Source: Mobula birostris
Taxonomy: Eukaryota
Reading direction: 5' to 3'
Length of the DNA: 64,000 nucleotides
Assembly (NCBI RefSeq): GCF_030028105.1
Contig: NC_092370.1
Span: 71,474,098-71,538,097 of the forward strand
Positions 61,676 to 64,000 of this stretch are shown piece by piece. A model generated the notes under the pieces. That model ran no database searches, was not told where the DNA came from, and saw nothing but the letters and a program-made list of their open reading frames with translations. Made by a program: the position numbers and the translations under genes. The stretch's first letter is position 1, and every line of letters begins with the position of its first letter.

Positions 61676-64000
61676 TATCACTGACCTGAAGGCCACCAAG
61701 TTTGATAAATCTCTTTTAAAAGACAAAGCATGGTTACATCATTTCATTAGAAGTTTTTTTTCAGGTAGACTGTCCCATTATCATCGGGTGTTCTACACTC
61801 AGCTGCTGGAAATTATGAAATCTTTCCTATGAAGCAGTCAAAAGCTCAACTTTCTTCCCAATAGCTTTAACATCATTTGATCTTCTCTTCTTTTGGCATT
61901 GCACTATCCGAGAGGCAAACTCTCCCTTGGAGAAAAATGGTCATTGGAAGGGGTTGTTTCTGATCCTCAGAAATTCAGACTACTGAATCCTTGCTTTAGG
62001 AATATATTGGCGTTGATTAATACTGACTGTTTTTTGCAAGCAATATAAATAATTGAACAATAACAAGCAGCTCTCTCTATTACAATTAAAGTGCTAAAAA
62101 GAATAAAACAAAAACAGATTCACACTTTAAGCATCCTGAATTGATATTCCCATTGTTGGCTTGTAAAGACCAATATCAGGAAAAGTTTACAACTTTTATG
62201 AATCTGGATGATATTGCAAAGCTGGTCGAAAACAAAGACACTCTGGCTGATAAATAAATATCAATGTTAACTCAGTGATTGAACAGCAGTGCCTGTGCCT
62301 TCTTGCCAAAGCAAGTATCTGTTAAATGTGAGGCAATTAATGTTAAGTCACATCCATCACTCACCAGACTTTCCTGCTTCTCTCACATTTAAGTGCAGAG
62401 CCTTCTGATCTCCAGCTCACTTCAGGAGATTGACACTATCCTTATGACATCCTTCAGCAGGTGATGAGCTTTGGTCAACTATCTTCTCATTCTACCAGTA
62501 CTAGCAGTGAGTCTTCTGCTACCGTTTGGCCTGGGGCTCTCTCAAAGCTACATAGGTGCAGAACAAATAAAAGCAGGAGATCAAAGTGCAGTAGAAAACG
62601 TCATCAAATATTAATGATGTAATCTGCTTGGTTAGTACTAGGAATCGCATTTTAGATTGATTAAAATATTAAAGCTAATGCTGCAATCTTATGCCACAGA
62701 AAGAAGTTGTCTACTATTATGTGGATATCTGCGTTGCCTGTAAAATAGCAGTGAATATAGTAACTAAGAAAAGAATGATCTCATTCTATATATCCTTAGC
62801 ATACAGCTTTCAATATCTGCAACTCTTCTGGGATCTCAGATGCTGAGGTTCTGACATTCTCTTCCGAATGCACAGCTCTGTTTCACCATGTTACTGCACA
62901 GGAACCTTTGACAAGACTATTCAAAGTCAAGAAATTTCTAAACCATGGGGAGAAAAATATAGCAGAAAAAGAACATGAATTTTTTATTAAAATTGAGAGC
63001 AAGCTTTACACCAAAGAATACTGGATAGTTCATTATTATTGTTTGCACGTGTAAGATAATCTTCAGGGACATTCCTCATACCTTCAAGCTGTTATAATTA
63101 CAGTCGAGGGTACATTTGGCATATTGATCAATAATATGGCAGCTTTAATATATTTTATGGACAAAGCACACGTGTTCAGATTTGTTGTCTATAAAGCGTT
63201 GTTTGAAGGAGATAGAATTGCCATTGAACAAATAAGAAAATTATATGTTTTAATTTTTTAATATTCCATAAAATGTTTGGAGAATCCTAACAACCGACTG
63301 AGAAAATAATTCTATTGATGTGAGGCCTATGGCATAACTTAATAGTCATCAAGAAATAAATGCTCTCCTATCTCTCTGACAGAATTGTGTTCTTTAATTG
63401 AAGTCTAATAAGATTCTGTGCAATGAAGCCTCCCGGGCACAGCAGCTAAATGGCACTGGCACCTGTGACGAGACACGCAGATGAAAATGTGTCAATAAAA
63501 TGTTCATAAATGTACTGCTTTACTTGTGGCTATTAAATTTAAAACCATGTGCCGTTATATCAGCAAGTCTGTGAATGCCTCAGACTATGTTTGGTGATTT
63601 ATTTTCATTGTCTGCTAGATTTTAAGAGAGAAGCACAATGGCTTCTAAAAGCTTGGCATAAAGAACTTTTTCTCAGCTCTCTGTGAGGCAGCCATTGCAG
63701 CTGCAATTGTACTTGTTGGAAATCTATTTTTTTGTTTACACAGGTGCAGGCATTTTCAAGGAAAGGCTCATGTTCACTAAACACATCTGTGCGAGGTTTA
63801 TGTTTGCAAGATTGCTTTATACCACAAAAAAATTAGATCCAGTTACATCTATGTAAACTGTATTTATGTATGCAACCAGGATGATTCCTCTCACAAGGGA
63901 GAAATTGATCATTCAACATTTCCAGATATAAAAATGAAAATTCCAGTCAGTCCCTTGGAATCTGTACTAGGACTTTTGCCTCAAAAGGCATAAAATTTAA

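Overview
Eukaryotic, repeat-rich vertebrate DNA. The mix of CR1, Rex1/Babar, Penelope and V-SINE repeats suggests a cartilaginous fish, probably a ray (inference). The only host gene I recognise is TRIQK on the minus strand: a CpG-rich promoter and first exon near 38.0-38.1 kb, candidate 5'UTR exons near 27.7-27.9 kb, and the first coding exon at 8670-8730. I did not find its later coding exons, so they probably lie left of the window. The rest is intronic or intergenic and filled with decayed, often nested mobile elements. The standout is a 2.3-kb Gypsy (Mag-like) LTR element at 15715-18015, with both LTRs, PBS, PPT and a 5-bp TSD. Its RT/RNaseH/integrase core is replaced by host coiled-coil sequence: a RABEP1 (Rabaptin-5)-like segment interrupted by an SH3KBP1 (CIN85)-like C-terminal segment, fused in frame to the protease. 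Other points of interest are Penelope-derived mini-elements with minimal hammerhead ribozyme motifs and clean TSDs, a Chapaev3-like transposon, and a candidate uORF whose stop overlaps the TRIQK start (TAATG). Protein identities come from my recollection of known sequences; no searches were run.
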